Shown piece after piece: positions 1-10,100 of a DNA stretch of 32,000 bases. Numbering within the stretch: position 1 is the first letter of the stretch; each line of letters opens with the position of its first letter. Under the pieces are notes generated by a model. That model was not told the origin of the DNA. It saw only the letters and a list, made by a program, of their open reading frames with translations, and searched no databases. Made by a program: the position numbers and the translations under genes. This DNA is from Micrococcus luteus NCTC 2665. Lineage in GTDB: Bacteria; Actinomycetota; Actinomycetes; Actinomycetales; Micrococcaceae. The stretch covers positions 1,260,001-1,292,000 of the forward strand of contig NC_012803.1 of the NCBI RefSeq assembly GCF_000023205.1. The letters are read 5' to 3'.

Positions 1-424
1 CACCCGCCAGGGCGTCGTCGTGATCGAGGGGATGATCCCGCGCCACGAGGTGATGGAGATCCTCACGGCCGCCACCGTGTTCGCCTGCCCCTCGGTCTAC
101 GAGCCGCTGGGCATCGTCAACCTCGAGGCGATGGCGTGCGGCACCGCCGTCGTCGCCTCCGCCGTGGGCGGCATCCCGGAGGTCGTGCAGGACGGCGAGA
201 CCGGCCTGCTCGTCCCCTTCGAGCAGGTCGACGACGGCACGGGGGCGCCCGTGGACGAGGAGGGGTTCGCCGCCGACTTCGCGGCCGCGCTCACCCGCGT
301 CGTGGAGGACCCGGAGCGCGCTCGCGCGATGGGTGAGGCCGGCCGGACCCGCGCGATCGAGCACTTCTCGTGGGAGACCATCGCGGAGCGCACGATCGAG
401 GTCTACGAGGCCGTGCTGCGCTGA
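1..424 (+). CDS. GT4 alpha-glucan/glycogen synthase (GlgA/GlgM-type), C-terminal fragment; the 5' end lies outside the window
   Basis: The frame is open to the window edge. It contains the GT-B C-terminal motif EPLGIVNLEAMACGTAVVAS..GGIPEVV and the tail FSWETIAERTIEVY, typical of actinobacterial GlgA/GlgM (Rv1212c-like). Third codon positions are strongly G/C. Confidence 0.8.
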   Translation, partial: TRQGVVVIEGMIPRHEVMEILTAATVFACPSVYEPLGIVNLEAMACGTAVVASAVGGIPEVVQDGETGLLVPFEQVDDGTGAPVDEEGFAADFAAALTRVVEDPERARAMGEAGRTRAIEHFSWETIAERTIEVYEAVLR

Positions 425-443
425 GTCCGCCCGACCACGCACA

Positions 444-477
444 CGGGCCCCCGCCACCGCGAGGTGACGGGGGCCCG
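444..477. terminator. GC-rich hairpin between convergent genes (candidate bidirectional terminator)
   Basis: CGGGCCCCCG (444-453) pairs with CGGGGGCCCG (468-477), with an inner CACC/GGTG extension. It sits between the stop at 424 (+) and the stop at 500 (-). There is no U-tract. Confidence 0.5.
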
Positions 478-499
478 GTGCGTCCGGGGACGGCCGCGG

Positions 500-2623
500 T
501 CAGCCGCGGCGGCCTCGCGCCGCCTTCTCGCGGGCGCGCACGGCCTTCTCGTCCTCCGGCTCCTCGCCGGCGGCCCGGCGGGCCGTGAACCAGGCGTGGG
601 CCTCCTCCTGGCGCTGGGTCTCGGCGTCCGTGGCCACCGCCATGCGCAGGTGCTCGGGCTCGAGGCCGAACGCCTCGACGAGCTCGAGGGCGAAGGGGCG
701 CAGCCGCTCGGCGAGCCGGTTGACATAGCCGCGCAGGGCCCGGGCGCGCTGGCTCGAGACGCGGCCGTGGGCCACGAACCAGCCGAGGTCGTCCTCGATG
801 AGGCGCAGCGCGAAGAGGTCGCGCAGCCACGTCAGGACAGTCTTCGTGGTCTCATCCGTGATGCCCTCCAGGGCGCGGGTGAAGGCCTCCCACTGCAGCA
901 GCTCGCCGTGGTTGCGGGCGGCCTCGATGAGCTCGTGCTGGCGCGTGTTGAACGCCTCCGCCTGAGCCGCCTGGCCCTTGCCCCGGGCCCCCGAGAGGGT
1001 TCCGGCGACGTCGGCGGTCTTGGCGCGGACGCGCTCGGTGAGCAGCTCATGCTGCACGGCGGGGTCCTTGAACCAGTTCGCGGAGCGGCGCTCGGAGCCG
1101 CCGTCGGCCACAGACTGGACGGCCTTGTGCAGGCCCGCACGGTGGATGGCGTCCGAGGCCTGATGGACCACGTAGCGGGAGACGGCGCCCACATTGAGAC
1201 GTCCGAACTCCTTCGAGTAGTCGGTCAGCAGACGCTTGCCCACCAGCTGCAGGAGCACCGTGTTGTCGCCCTCGAACGTGACGTACACGTCCAGGTCGGC
1301 GCGCATCTGGGTCACCCGGTTCTCGGCGAGGAACCCGGCGCCGCCGCACGCCTCGCGGGCCTCCTGCAGGGTGTCCAGGGCATGCCACGTGGTCAGCGGC
1401 TTCACGGCCGCGGCGAGCGTCTCGAGCTCCTGCCGGTCCACGTCCGTGTCGGAGCGGCCGGAGAAGACGTCGTCGAACTTCACGACGAGCTCGTTGGAGG
1501 CGAAGGCGTCCGCGTAGGCGCGGGCCAGGCGGTCGATGAGGCGGCGCTGGTGGTTCTGGTAGTCCAGCAGCACCTCCTCCCGCTGCGGGTCGGAGGCGTT
1601 GAACTGGCGGCGCTGCTCCGCGTAGGCCAGCGCACCGTGCAGGCCGAGGAAGGAGGCCGTGGTGGCGGCGAGGGACAGGGAGACGCGGCCCTGGACGAGG
1701 GTGCCGAGCATCGTGAAGAAGCGACGCCCGGGGGAGGCGATGGGCGAGGAGTAGGTCCCGTCCTCCGCCACGTCGCCGTAGCGGTTGAGGAGGTTGGTGC
1801 GCGGGATGCGGACCTGGGTGAAGTGCAGGCGGCCGTTGTCGATGCCGTTCAGTCCGCCCTTGAGGCCGTCGTCCTCGCCGCCCACGCCGGGCAGGAAGGC
1901 GCCCTTCTCGTCCCGGATGGGGACGTAGAAGCAGTGCACGCCGTGGTTGACGCCCTGGGTGATCAGCTGCGCGAAGACCGTGGCCGCCCTGCCGTGCAGC
2001 GCGGCGTTGCCGAGGTAGTCCTTCCAGGCGCCCTTGAACGGGGTGTGGATGACGAACTCCTGGGTCGCCTCGTCATAGGTGGCGGTCGTGGCGATCGAGG
2101 CGACGTCCGAGCCGTGCCCGATCTCGGTCATGGCGAAGGCGCCCGGGACGCTCAGGTCCATCGCGCCCGGCAGCCACCGGCGGTGGTGCTCGGCGGTGCC
2201 CAGGTGCAGGATCGCCGAGCTGAACAGGCCCCACTGCACACCGGCCTTGATCTGCAGGGAGGGGTCGGCGAGCACGAGGTCGCCGAAGGCGGAGATGTTG
2301 CCGCCGTGGTTGTCCTCGCCGCCGAACTCGCGCGGGAAGGCGCGGTGGACCGCGTTGCGCTCCACGAGGACGCCCAGCTGCCGCAGGACGCGGGCTCGGT
2401 GCTCGTCCATGCCGAGCAGCGGGTCGCGCCACAGGGCGGGGTCCTTGGCGAGTTCGCGGGATTCGCGGCGCTCCGCGGCCCAGCGGCCGAGGAGGGCCTC
2501 CTCGAGGGCCGCGGCGTCGAGGGAGCCGGGCGTCGGCCGCTCGGGCGCGATCTCGGCGACGTCGGTGGGGACCTCGGTGCTGTGCGTCGGGGACTGGGGG
2601 GCGAGCTTCTCGTGGACGGTCAT
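500..2623 (-). CDS. acyl-CoA oxidase (ACOX family flavoprotein)
   Basis: 708 codons from the ATG at 2623, with AGGAG 7 nt upstream. ACOX signatures are TEIGHGSDV, GIDNGRLHFTQVRIPRTNLLNRYG and TFEGDNTVLLQ. The ORF-track N-terminal extension to 2836 is Arg/Pro-rich and overlaps the TetR gene. Confidence 0.9.
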   Translation of the reverse strand: MTVHEKLAPQSPTHSTEVPTDVAEIAPERPTPGSLDAAALEEALLGRWAAERRESRELAKDPALWRDPLLGMDEHRARVLRQLGVLVERNAVHRAFPREFGGEDNHGGNISAFGDLVLADPSLQIKAGVQWGLFSSAILHLGTAEHHRRWLPGAMDLSVPGAFAMTEIGHGSDVASIATTATYDEATQEFVIHTPFKGAWKDYLGNAALHGRAATVFAQLITQGVNHGVHCFYVPIRDEKGAFLPGVGGEDDGLKGGLNGIDNGRLHFTQVRIPRTNLLNRYGDVAEDGTYSSPIASPGRRFFTMLGTLVQGRVSLSLAATTASFLGLHGALAYAEQRRQFNASDPQREEVLLDYQNHQRRLIDRLARAYADAFASNELVVKFDDVFSGRSDTDVDRQELETLAAAVKPLTTWHALDTLQEAREACGGAGFLAENRVTQMRADLDVYVTFEGDNTVLLQLVGKRLLTDYSKEFGRLNVGAVSRYVVHQASDAIHRAGLHKAVQSVADGGSERRSANWFKDPAVQHELLTERVRAKTADVAGTLSGARGKGQAAQAEAFNTRQHELIEAARNHGELLQWEAFTRALEGITDETTKTVLTWLRDLFALRLIEDDLGWFVAHGRVSSQRARALRGYVNRLAERLRPFALELVEAFGLEPEHLRMAVATDAETQRQEEAHAWFTARRAAGEEPEDEKAVRAREKAARGRRG

Positions 2624-3333
2624 GACGATGCTCCTGTTCGTGAGTGGGGGCGGGCGCGGTCGGCGTCCGCCGCCGCGGGTTCGAGGGAGGCGCCGGGCGC
2701 GGCGCCGATGAGGCCGGTGAGCAGCCAGTCGGCGATGGCGCGGGCCATCGTCTCGACCGGGATGCGACCGGCGGCCGGGGTCCGCAGCCAGGTCTCGGCG
2801 GCGGCCCGGACGAGGCCGACGGCGGCGCGCGGCCACAGGGCGAGCGGGTCCGCCGGGGCCGGGGCGTGGCCCCGCGCGGCCATCCCGCGCGCCAGGCCCG
2901 ACTCGAGCACGGCGTAGACGCGCTCGAGGAACGGACCCAGCACAGGGGCCTCGGCCGTGGCGGGGGACGGGGCGACGGCGAACGCGTACACCTCGGGCGA
3001 CGTCGCCGCGACCGTGAGGTACACCTCGACCATGCGACGCAGCGCCTCGGGTTCGGAGACCGGTTCGTCCGCGACCTCGAGCAGGCGGCGCTCCATGTGG
3101 GCGGTGACCCGCTCGGACACCGCCAGGCGCAGGCCCTCGCGGTCGCCGAAGTAGCGGTAGTAGACGGTCTTGGAGGTGCCCGCGTGGGACGCGATCTCCT
3201 CCATCGAGGCGTGTGCGCCCAGGGCGTGCACGGCTGACCGGGCGGCCCGGACCAGTTCCAGACGGCGCTCGGCGCGGTGCCGGTCCCAGCGGACGCTGCG
3301 ACCGTCCCGGGCGGTGGACGTGACGGGGTTCAC
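2620..3333 (-). CDS. TetR/AcrR family transcriptional regulator
   Basis: N-terminal HTH MEEIASHAGTSKTVYYRYFGDREGL. The stop overlaps the oxidase start (ATGA at 2623-2620), implying co-translation. GTG start at 3333. Confidence 0.9.
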   Translation of the reverse strand: MNPVTSTARDGRSVRWDRHRAERRLELVRAARSAVHALGAHASMEEIASHAGTSKTVYYRYFGDREGLRLAVSERVTAHMERRLLEVADEPVSEPEALRRMVEVYLTVAATSPEVYAFAVAPSPATAEAPVLGPFLERVYAVLESGLARGMAARGHAPAPADPLALWPRAAVGLVRAAAETWLRTPAAGRIPVETMARAIADWLLTGLIGAAPGASLEPAAADADRARPHSRTGASS

Positions 3334-3352
3334 GAAACCGAGCGTATCAGGT

Positions 3353-3373
3353 ACTGTGGGTCACAGTCACCCA
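3353..3373. promoter_or_regulatory. Candidate TetR operator in the divergent promoter region
   Basis: Perfect inverted repeat ACTGTG-ggt-CACAGT (3353-3367) overlaps a 17-bp near-palindrome TGGGTcACaGTcACCCA (3357-3373). It lies 20-40 nt upstream of the tetR start and about 80 nt upstream of the thiolase start. Confidence 0.35.
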
Positions 3374-3452
3374 CCCCGCCGACGTCCGTATCGTCCGGGG
3401 TGGAAACGCCCCCCGCCGCGTCGGCGGCGGGCCCGCCGTCGAGAGGACCGCC

Positions 3453-4796
3453 ATGACCCACCACGAGACCCCCGCGTCCGAGACCGCCTCCCGCCCCGCC
3501 GTCGCCGGTGGAGCGCTGCGCCCCGCCGTCATCCTGGGCGGCAACCGCATCCCCTTCGCCCGCGCCAACACCGCCTATGCCGAGGTCGGGAACCAGGAGA
3601 TGCTCAAGGCCACGCTCGACGGCCTCGTCGCGCGGTTCGGGCTCCAGGGCGAGCGCCTCGGTCAGGTCACCGCCGGCGCCGTCCTCAAGCACCCGCGCAA
3701 CTTCAACCTCACCCGCGAGGCCGTCCTGGGCTCCGCGCTCTCCGCCGCGACCCCGGCCGCCGACGTCCAGGTGGCCTGCGCCACCGGCATGGAGGCCCTG
3801 GGCACCCTGGCCAACAAGATCCGGCTCGGCCAGCTCGACTCCGCCATCGGCGGCGGCGTGGACTCGATCTCGGACGCACCCGTCTCGCTCTCCGACGGCG
3901 CGCGCCGCGTGCTGCTGCAGCTCAACACCGCCAAGACCACGAAGGACCGCCTGCGCGCCCTCGCCCAGCTGCGCCCCGGGCAGCTCGTGCCCGAGCCGGC
4001 CGGCGCAGGCGAGCCGCGCACCGGCATGTCCATGGGCGAGCACCAGGCCCTGACCACCCACAAGTGGGGCATCACCCGTCAGGCCCAGGACGAGCTCGCC
4101 GCGGCCTCCCACCGGAACCTCGGCGCCGCGTACGCCGCCGGGTACATGGACGATCTGGTGACCCCGTTCCACGGCCTGGCCCGCGACAACAACCTCCGCC
4201 CCGACTCCACGCCGGAGAAGCTGGCCGGCCTGAAGCCCGCGTTCGGTCGCCAGCTGGGGGACGAGGCGACCATGACGGCCGCCAACTCCACCCCGCTCAC
4301 CGACGGCGCCTCCACGGTGCTGCTCTCCTCCGAGGAGTGGGCCGCCGAGCGCGGGCTGCCCGTGCTCGCCGAGTTCGTGGACATGGAGAACGCCGCCGTG
4401 GACTTCGTCGACGGACACGAGGGCCTGCTCATGGCCCCCGCCTACGCCGTCCCGCGCCTGCTGGCCCGGCACGGGCTCACCCTCGACGACCTCGACTTCG
4501 TGGAGATCCACGAGGCGTTCGCCGGCACCGTCCTGTCCACCCTCGCCGCCTGGGAGGACGAGGAGTACTGCCGCGAGCGCCTCGGGCTGCCGGGTGCGCT
4601 GGGCTCGGTGGACCGCGCCCGGCTCAACGTGCACGGCTCCTCGTTGGCGGCCGGCCACCCCTTCGCCGCCACCGGCGGCCGCATCGTCGCCCTGCTGGCC
4701 AAGATGCTGCATGAGAAGGGGGAGGGCTCCCTCGGCCTCATCTCCGTCTGTGCCGCCGGGGGCCAGGGCATCGTCGCCCTGCTCCGCGGCCGCTGA
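3453..4796 (+). CDS. fadA: acetyl-CoA C-acyltransferase (thiolase, FadA2-like)
   Basis: 447 aa. Thiolase active-site context VQVACATGMEAL, with C-terminal NVHGSSLAAGHPFAATGGR and GLISVCAAGGQG. GAGAGGA lies 5 nt before the ATG. Confidence 0.93.
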   Translation: MTHHETPASETASRPAVAGGALRPAVILGGNRIPFARANTAYAEVGNQEMLKATLDGLVARFGLQGERLGQVTAGAVLKHPRNFNLTREAVLGSALSAATPAADVQVACATGMEALGTLANKIRLGQLDSAIGGGVDSISDAPVSLSDGARRVLLQLNTAKTTKDRLRALAQLRPGQLVPEPAGAGEPRTGMSMGEHQALTTHKWGITRQAQDELAAASHRNLGAAYAAGYMDDLVTPFHGLARDNNLRPDSTPEKLAGLKPAFGRQLGDEATMTAANSTPLTDGASTVLLSSEEWAAERGLPVLAEFVDMENAAVDFVDGHEGLLMAPAYAVPRLLARHGLTLDDLDFVEIHEAFAGTVLSTLAAWEDEEYCRERLGLPGALGSVDRARLNVHGSSLAAGHPFAATGGRIVALLAKMLHEKGEGSLGLISVCAAGGQGIVALLRGR

Positions 4797-4828
4797 GCCC
4801 CGACCGACCCGACCCGAGAGGACCGACC

Positions 4829-6178
4829 ATGACCGACCGTTACGGCACCTTCGTCGCCTCGCCCCTGGGCCGCCGCCTCACCGGCGCCCTGGGCCTGCCT
4901 CAGCCCGTCGAGCTGCGCCGGCACACCCCCGGCGACCCCGTGCTGCCCGGCTCCGTGCTCGTCCTGGGCGCGACCCCCGCAGCCCAGGACGCCCGCACCC
5001 TCCTGGCCTCGTGGGGCCTCGAGGTCGCCGACGCCCCCCGGGAGGGCGCCCGCCACGCGGCGATCGTCGCGTGCTTCGACGGGGTCGCCACGCCCGCAGA
5101 TCTCGGCGCGGTGGCACTGGAGATCGGCGGCGCGCTGCGCTCGCTGGGCTCCTCCTCGCGCGTGGTGACAGTGTTCGAGGACCCCGAGGCCGCGACGGAC
5201 CCGGCCATGCGGGCCGCCCGCCAGGGCGTGACGGGCCTGACCCGCTCCATCGCGCACGAGATGCGCCGCGGCGGCACGGCCAACGGCCTGGTCCTGGCCG
5301 AGGGCGTGCCGCTCACCGCCCCCGGTGCGGCCGGCGCTCTGGCGTTCCTGCTCTCCGGTCGCGCGGCGTACGTCTCCGGCCAGTTCGTGCCCGTTGCCAC
5401 CGCCGACGGCGCGGTCCCCGCCGACGCGGCGCGCCCGCTGGCCGGCAAGGTCGCCGTGGTCACGGGCGCCGCCCGCGGCATCGGCGCCGCCATCGTGCGG
5501 ACGCTCGCCCGCGACGGGGCCGTCGTCGTCGGCGTGGACGTCCCGGCCGCGGGCGAGGCGCTGGTCGAGGTCGTGAACGAGGTGGGCGGCACCGCGCTCG
5601 CCCTGGACATCACGGCGCCGGACGCGGGCGCGCGCATCCTCGAGCACTGCCGCACCCGGCACGGCCGGATGGACGTGGTGGTGCACAACGCCGGGATCAC
5701 CCGGGACCGGATGCTGGCCAACATGGACGCCGCGCGCTGGGACTCCGTCCTCGCCGTGAACACCATGGCCCAGCTGGCCATGAACGAGGCGTTCCTCGCT
5801 GAGGACGCCAAGGACGTGGCGGGTCAGGGGCTGCGCATCGTGGGCCTGGCCTCCATCTCCGGCATCGCGGGCAACCGCGGCCAGACGAACTACGCGGCCT
5901 CGAAGGCCGGGGTCATCGGCCTGACCGCGGCGTCCGCCCCGGTCCTCGCGGCCCGCGGGGGCACGATCAACGCGGTGGCCCCGGGCTTCATCGAGACCGA
6001 GATGACCGCGAAGATCCCGCTCGCCACGCGCGAGGTGGGCCGGCGGCTCAACGCGCTCCAGCAGGGCGGCCTGCCGCAGGACGTGGCCGAGACGGTGGCC
6101 TGGCTCGCCTCGGACGCCGCGGGCGGCACCAACGGGGCCACGCTGCGGGTCTGCGGCCAGTCGAAGCTGGGGGCGTGA
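4829..6178 (+). CDS. fabG: two-domain (high-molecular-weight) 3-oxoacyl-ACP/CoA reductase, FabG4-like SDR
   Basis: 449 aa. A non-catalytic N-terminal domain is followed by an SDR domain (KVAVVTGAARGIGAAI, NYAASKAG). The size and the thiolase/hydratase neighbours match M. tuberculosis fabG4 (Rv0242c). Confidence 0.9.
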   Translation: MTDRYGTFVASPLGRRLTGALGLPQPVELRRHTPGDPVLPGSVLVLGATPAAQDARTLLASWGLEVADAPREGARHAAIVACFDGVATPADLGAVALEIGGALRSLGSSSRVVTVFEDPEAATDPAMRAARQGVTGLTRSIAHEMRRGGTANGLVLAEGVPLTAPGAAGALAFLLSGRAAYVSGQFVPVATADGAVPADAARPLAGKVAVVTGAARGIGAAIVRTLARDGAVVVGVDVPAAGEALVEVVNEVGGTALALDITAPDAGARILEHCRTRHGRMDVVVHNAGITRDRMLANMDAARWDSVLAVNTMAQLAMNEAFLAEDAKDVAGQGLRIVGLASISGIAGNRGQTNYAASKAGVIGLTAASAPVLAARGGTINAVAPGFIETEMTAKIPLATREVGRRLNALQQGGLPQDVAETVAWLASDAAGGTNGATLRVCGQSKLGA

Positions 6179-7074
6179 GGATGCAGACCACGCAGCTGTC
6201 CGCCCCACCCTCCCTCGCCCGGCTCTACGCCCGAGCCGCCGGGCAGGCCGCCATGGACGCCGTCGTCCGTCGGCGCCGTCCCCGCGAGCTCCCGGACCGC
6301 CAGGTGGTCGTGACCGGCCACCGCATCCCGGCCGAGGCCGTGTCCGCGTGGCGCGGGGCCGTCGGGTCCGCGGATCCGGCGGACCTGCCCTCGGTCCTGG
6401 TGCACACCCAGGTGTTCGGTGCGGCCATGGAGCTGATGGCCGACCCCGAGTTCCCGCTGCCCCTGCCCGGGCTGGTGCATCTGAGCAACACCGTCCTGCA
6501 CCACCGGCCCGTCCCGGCTGAGACCCCCCTGCGCGTCACCGCGCGTGCCGTGGGCCTCGTCCCGCACCACGCGGGCACCGCTGTGGACGTCGTCGTGACC
6601 GTCGAGGGGCCCGGCGACGACGGCGAGGAGGCACTGCTGTGGGAGGGCGTCTCCCGGTACCTCGCCAAGGGCGTCCGCCTCTCCGGCCTGCGTCCCGAGC
6701 GGCCCGTCCGCGAGGACTTCGTGCCCCCGACGCCGACCGCCCAGTGGCGCTTCGGGACGGGGGCCGGGCGCCGGTACGCGGGCGTCTCCGGGGACTGGAA
6801 CCCGATCCACCTGACGGGCGTCTCGGCCCGACTGTTCGGCATGAAGGGCGCGATCGCCCACGGGATGTTCCTGGCCGCCCGGATGCTCGAGGGCCGTGAG
6901 CCGACCGGCGCGGGCTTCCGCTGGCACATCGACTTCGAGGCGCCCGTCGTGCTGCCGACCACCGTGGCCGTCCGCTATGAGCCCGGGCCCGACGGCGGCA
7001 CGCGGGTGTGCGGCTGGGATGCGCGGCGCCGGCGCCCGCACTTCTCCGGGGAGATCACTCCGCTCACGTCCTGA
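6175..7074 (+). CDS. MaoC-like (R)-specific enoyl-CoA hydratase/dehydratase, HtdX-like
   Basis: 299 aa with the hot-dog motif GVSGDWNPIHLTGVSARLFGMKGAIAHGM. The GTG start overlaps the fabG4 stop (GTGA at 6175-6178). The ATG at 6181 is an alternative start. Confidence 0.85.
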   Translation: MRMQTTQLSAPPSLARLYARAAGQAAMDAVVRRRRPRELPDRQVVVTGHRIPAEAVSAWRGAVGSADPADLPSVLVHTQVFGAAMELMADPEFPLPLPGLVHLSNTVLHHRPVPAETPLRVTARAVGLVPHHAGTAVDVVVTVEGPGDDGEEALLWEGVSRYLAKGVRLSGLRPERPVREDFVPPTPTAQWRFGTGAGRRYAGVSGDWNPIHLTGVSARLFGMKGAIAHGMFLAARMLEGREPTGAGFRWHIDFEAPVVLPTTVAVRYEPGPDGGTRVCGWDARRRRPHFSGEITPLTS

Positions 7075-7091
7075 CGGCCAGCCGACGCGTC

Positions 7092-7121
7092 GGCCCGCCG
7101 GGACCTCCCGTCCCGGCGGGC
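7092..7121. terminator. Perfect 13-bp-stem hairpin between convergent genes
   Basis: GGCCCGCCGGGAC-ctcc-GTCCCGGCGGGCC lies between the stop at 7074 (+) and the stop at 7138 (-). A smaller palindrome GCCGACGCGTCGGC sits at 7081-7094. Confidence 0.6.
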
Positions 7122-7137
7122 CGGTGACCGCGGCGGC

Positions 7138-10100
7138 TCAGGCGTCCGGCATGGGCGACCGCCGCGGCACGGCCGCGACGGCCTCGAGCAGCCCGTCCGC
7201 GTAGGCCTCCCACGAGTGACCGGCGGCGTGGCGCACGGCGCCGGGCCCCAATGCGGCCCAGGCGGCACGATCCGCCAGGATCTCGGCCAGGGCATCGGCC
7301 CACGCCTCGGGGGTGCCCGCCGTCACGTGGCGGCCGGAGACGCCGTCGAGGACCGCGTAGACCAGTCCGCCGACCCGGTGCGCCAGCACGGGCGTGCCGC
7401 AGGCCTGTGCCTCGAGGGCGACCAGGCCGTAGGTCTCGGACGCGCTCGGCATCGCCACGACGTCCGCCGCCCGGAACTGGGCGGCCAGGGCAGGCGCGGG
7501 CACCGGCGCGGAGAACGTCACCAGGTCGGCGACCCCCTCCCGCGCGGCCAGGCCCGCCAGGTCCAGCTCGTCGTCCCCCGAGACGGCCCCGTTCACGTGC
7601 AGGCGCACGCCCGGGTCGGCGCCCGCGCCACCGGCTCGTTCGCGCAGCACGCCGAGGGCGGCCACGAGCAGGTGCGGGCCCTTGTGCCGCTGGACGCGAC
7701 CGGCGAACAGGACGCGCAGGGCCCCGTCGTCGTCCGGTGCGCCCGGCCACTGCGCGGCGCCCTCCGGCGTGAACGTCTCGAGGTCGGCCCCGGGGGGCAG
7801 CACCCGGGTGCGGGCGCGGGGCACGTCCAGCAGCTCGCGCAGGTCGGCGGCCTCGGCGGCGGAGTTGACCACGAGCAGGTCGGCCCGCGCGACGATCCCG
7901 CGCTCGGCCTCGATCCGCGCGGCCGGCTCGCGCAGCTCGGGGTCCTCGAGCATCTTCGCCGCCGCCGTGGTGTGCATGGTCTGCAGGTACGGGGCGTGGG
8001 CCGCCCGCGCCAGGGCCGCGGCGGTGGACCCGGAGAGCCAGTAGTGGCCGTGGACGAACGTGACGGGGGGGGCGTCCGCTCCACCGAGGACGGGACCGCC
8101 CGGTACGGCGTCCGAGGCGAGCCAGTCCAGGGCTGCGCGGGTGAACTCGGCGCCGAGGCCCGCCAGCTCCGCCTTGGCCACGGGAGCGGACGGCCCGGCC
8201 GCGAGGTCCACCACCGTGACCGGCGGGGCCTGCCCGCCTGCGTCCAGCATCCGGACCCGTGCGCCGTCCGGCCCCACCGGCTCCTCCGCTCGGGTCAGCA
8301 GGATCATCCGCACGCCCCGGCGAGCCAGGGCCACGGCGGCCTGCCGCACGTAGACGTTCATGCCGCCGGCGTCGCCGCGGCCGGGCTGGGCCAGAGGGGA
8401 GGTGTGCAGGCTGACCCCGATCCCCACCGGCACGGACGCCCGCAGTTCGGCGTCCACGGCGTCGAACAGCCGGGCCGCCGACGCCGAGTCCGCCAGGTCC
8501 TCGACGGAGACCATCCGTCCGTCGCCGTCGCCGAGCGGCACGGTCCAGTTCGGGTACTGGTCCTGGAGGGTGCCGGGCTGGTTCTGGATCCGCCGCTCGC
8601 CCACAGCGTCCACGAGCGCCACGCTGTGCAGGGCCGAGGGCGCCTGCGCGAGCAGGCGGTGCAGGGCCACGATCTGGCGTTCGCGCACCTCGGGGCTGGC
8701 GTCGGGGACGTCCACGTCCGCCTCGGCGAGCAGCCCGCGCCGGGCCGCGGCGGCGAGGAACGCGCGCACCTCCTCCGCCGACCGGCGGCGTTCCTCGGCG
8801 ACGTCCACGGTGTAGAGGCCCAGCCGTTCGCGCAGGTCCACCTGGACGCCCTCGAGGTAGCCGGCCGTGGGCGGCAGGTCGTGCGTATTCACCGCCGCCA
8901 TGGCCAGCCGCCGGTAGCGCTCCGGCGGGGTGGGCTCCCCGTCCTCCTGTTCGAACCACAGGATCGACGTGCCGAGCACACCGGCCTCGGCCAGGCGGCG
9001 CTGCACCCACGGCTCGAACGTGCCGAGGTCCTCGCCCACCACGACGACGCCGGCCCGCTCGGCCTCAAGCGTGAGCACGGCGAGCATCGCCTCGTGGTCG
9101 TACTCGACGTATGCGCCCTGGGTGGCGCCGGCGCCCTCCGGGATCCACCACAGGCGGAACAGCCCCAGGACGTGGTCCATCCGGATGCCGCCCGCGCCGC
9201 GCAGCACGGTGCGCAGCATGTCCCGGAACGCGGCGTAGCCGGTCTCGGCCAGACGGCGCGGATGCCAGGGATGCTGCGACCAGTCCTGGCCCAGCTGGTT
9301 GAACAGCTCCGGCGGCGCGCCGACGGACATGGTCGGCACCAGCACGTCCCCGAGCATCCACGCGTCCGCGGTCTCGCGGGTCGCCCCCACCGCCAGGTCC
9401 ACCATGACGCCCATGCGCATGCCGGCCGCCCGGGCCCGCTCCTGCACGCCGGCGAGCTGCTCCGCGGCGATCCACTGCACCCAGCGGTGCAGGTCGACGT
9501 CGGTCGCGCGTTCGACGCGGACCCGCTCGGCCTCGACCCCGCCCGGCGCCCAGGCCGGGTCGGCGAGATCGGGCCCGGTGCCGTCGCCGTCCAGCCGCAG
9601 GACGGACCAGAGGGCGAAGTCGTCCAGGCCCGGTCCGGCCTCGGCGCGGAACCGCGCGTAGGCGGCCTCGCGCTCGGGGGAGCGGGGCACCTCGTGCACG
9701 CGGCGCAGTGCGGGCCACAGGACGGCGGCGACGGCGGCCCGGTCGATCCGGCCGGTGCGCTCCAGCTCTGCCTGGACGCGAGAGCCGGCCGACCGCAGCT
9801 CCGCCTGCTCCGTGGCGGGCAGGTCGGCGAACTCGGGGATCGAGGGCACGTGCACGACCAGCGCCGAGAGGAACCGACGGGAGACGGGGGAGTAGGGGGA
9901 GTCCGCCGGGTGGGGGCCGGGCTCGACCGCGTGCAGGGGGTGCAGCAGCAGGAAGTCGGCACCGTGCCGGGCGACGATCTCGGCCAGGGACGCCATGTCC
10001 GCCGCGTCGCCGATGCCCCACGAGTCCGCCGAGGTCACCGAGTAGCCCTGCGCGGCCGCGCCCCAGCCGCGGCGCTCGAGGAAGGGACGCGCCGTGCCCA

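Noticed and set aside
464-2917. 817-aa plus-strand ORF
   Set aside because: It is antisense to the acyl-CoA oxidase and TetR genes. Its Gly/Ala/Arg/Leu-rich translation has no recognisable motifs, while the opposite strand carries clear ACOX and TetR signatures.
3170-4714. 514-aa (+) and 460-aa (-) ORFs overlapping the thiolase gene
   Set aside because: They are off-frame or antisense shadows with low-complexity translations, whereas the thiolase frame carries the catalytic motifs.
3437-4836. Near-identical 20-nt strings CGAGAGGACCG(A)CCATGACC before the thiolase (3453) and fabG4 (4829) starts, considered as a repeat element
   Set aside because: Each consists of a Shine-Dalgarno sequence plus spacer, ATG and a Thr codon. 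This is most simply explained as similar translation-initiation contexts, and there are too few copies to call a repeat family.
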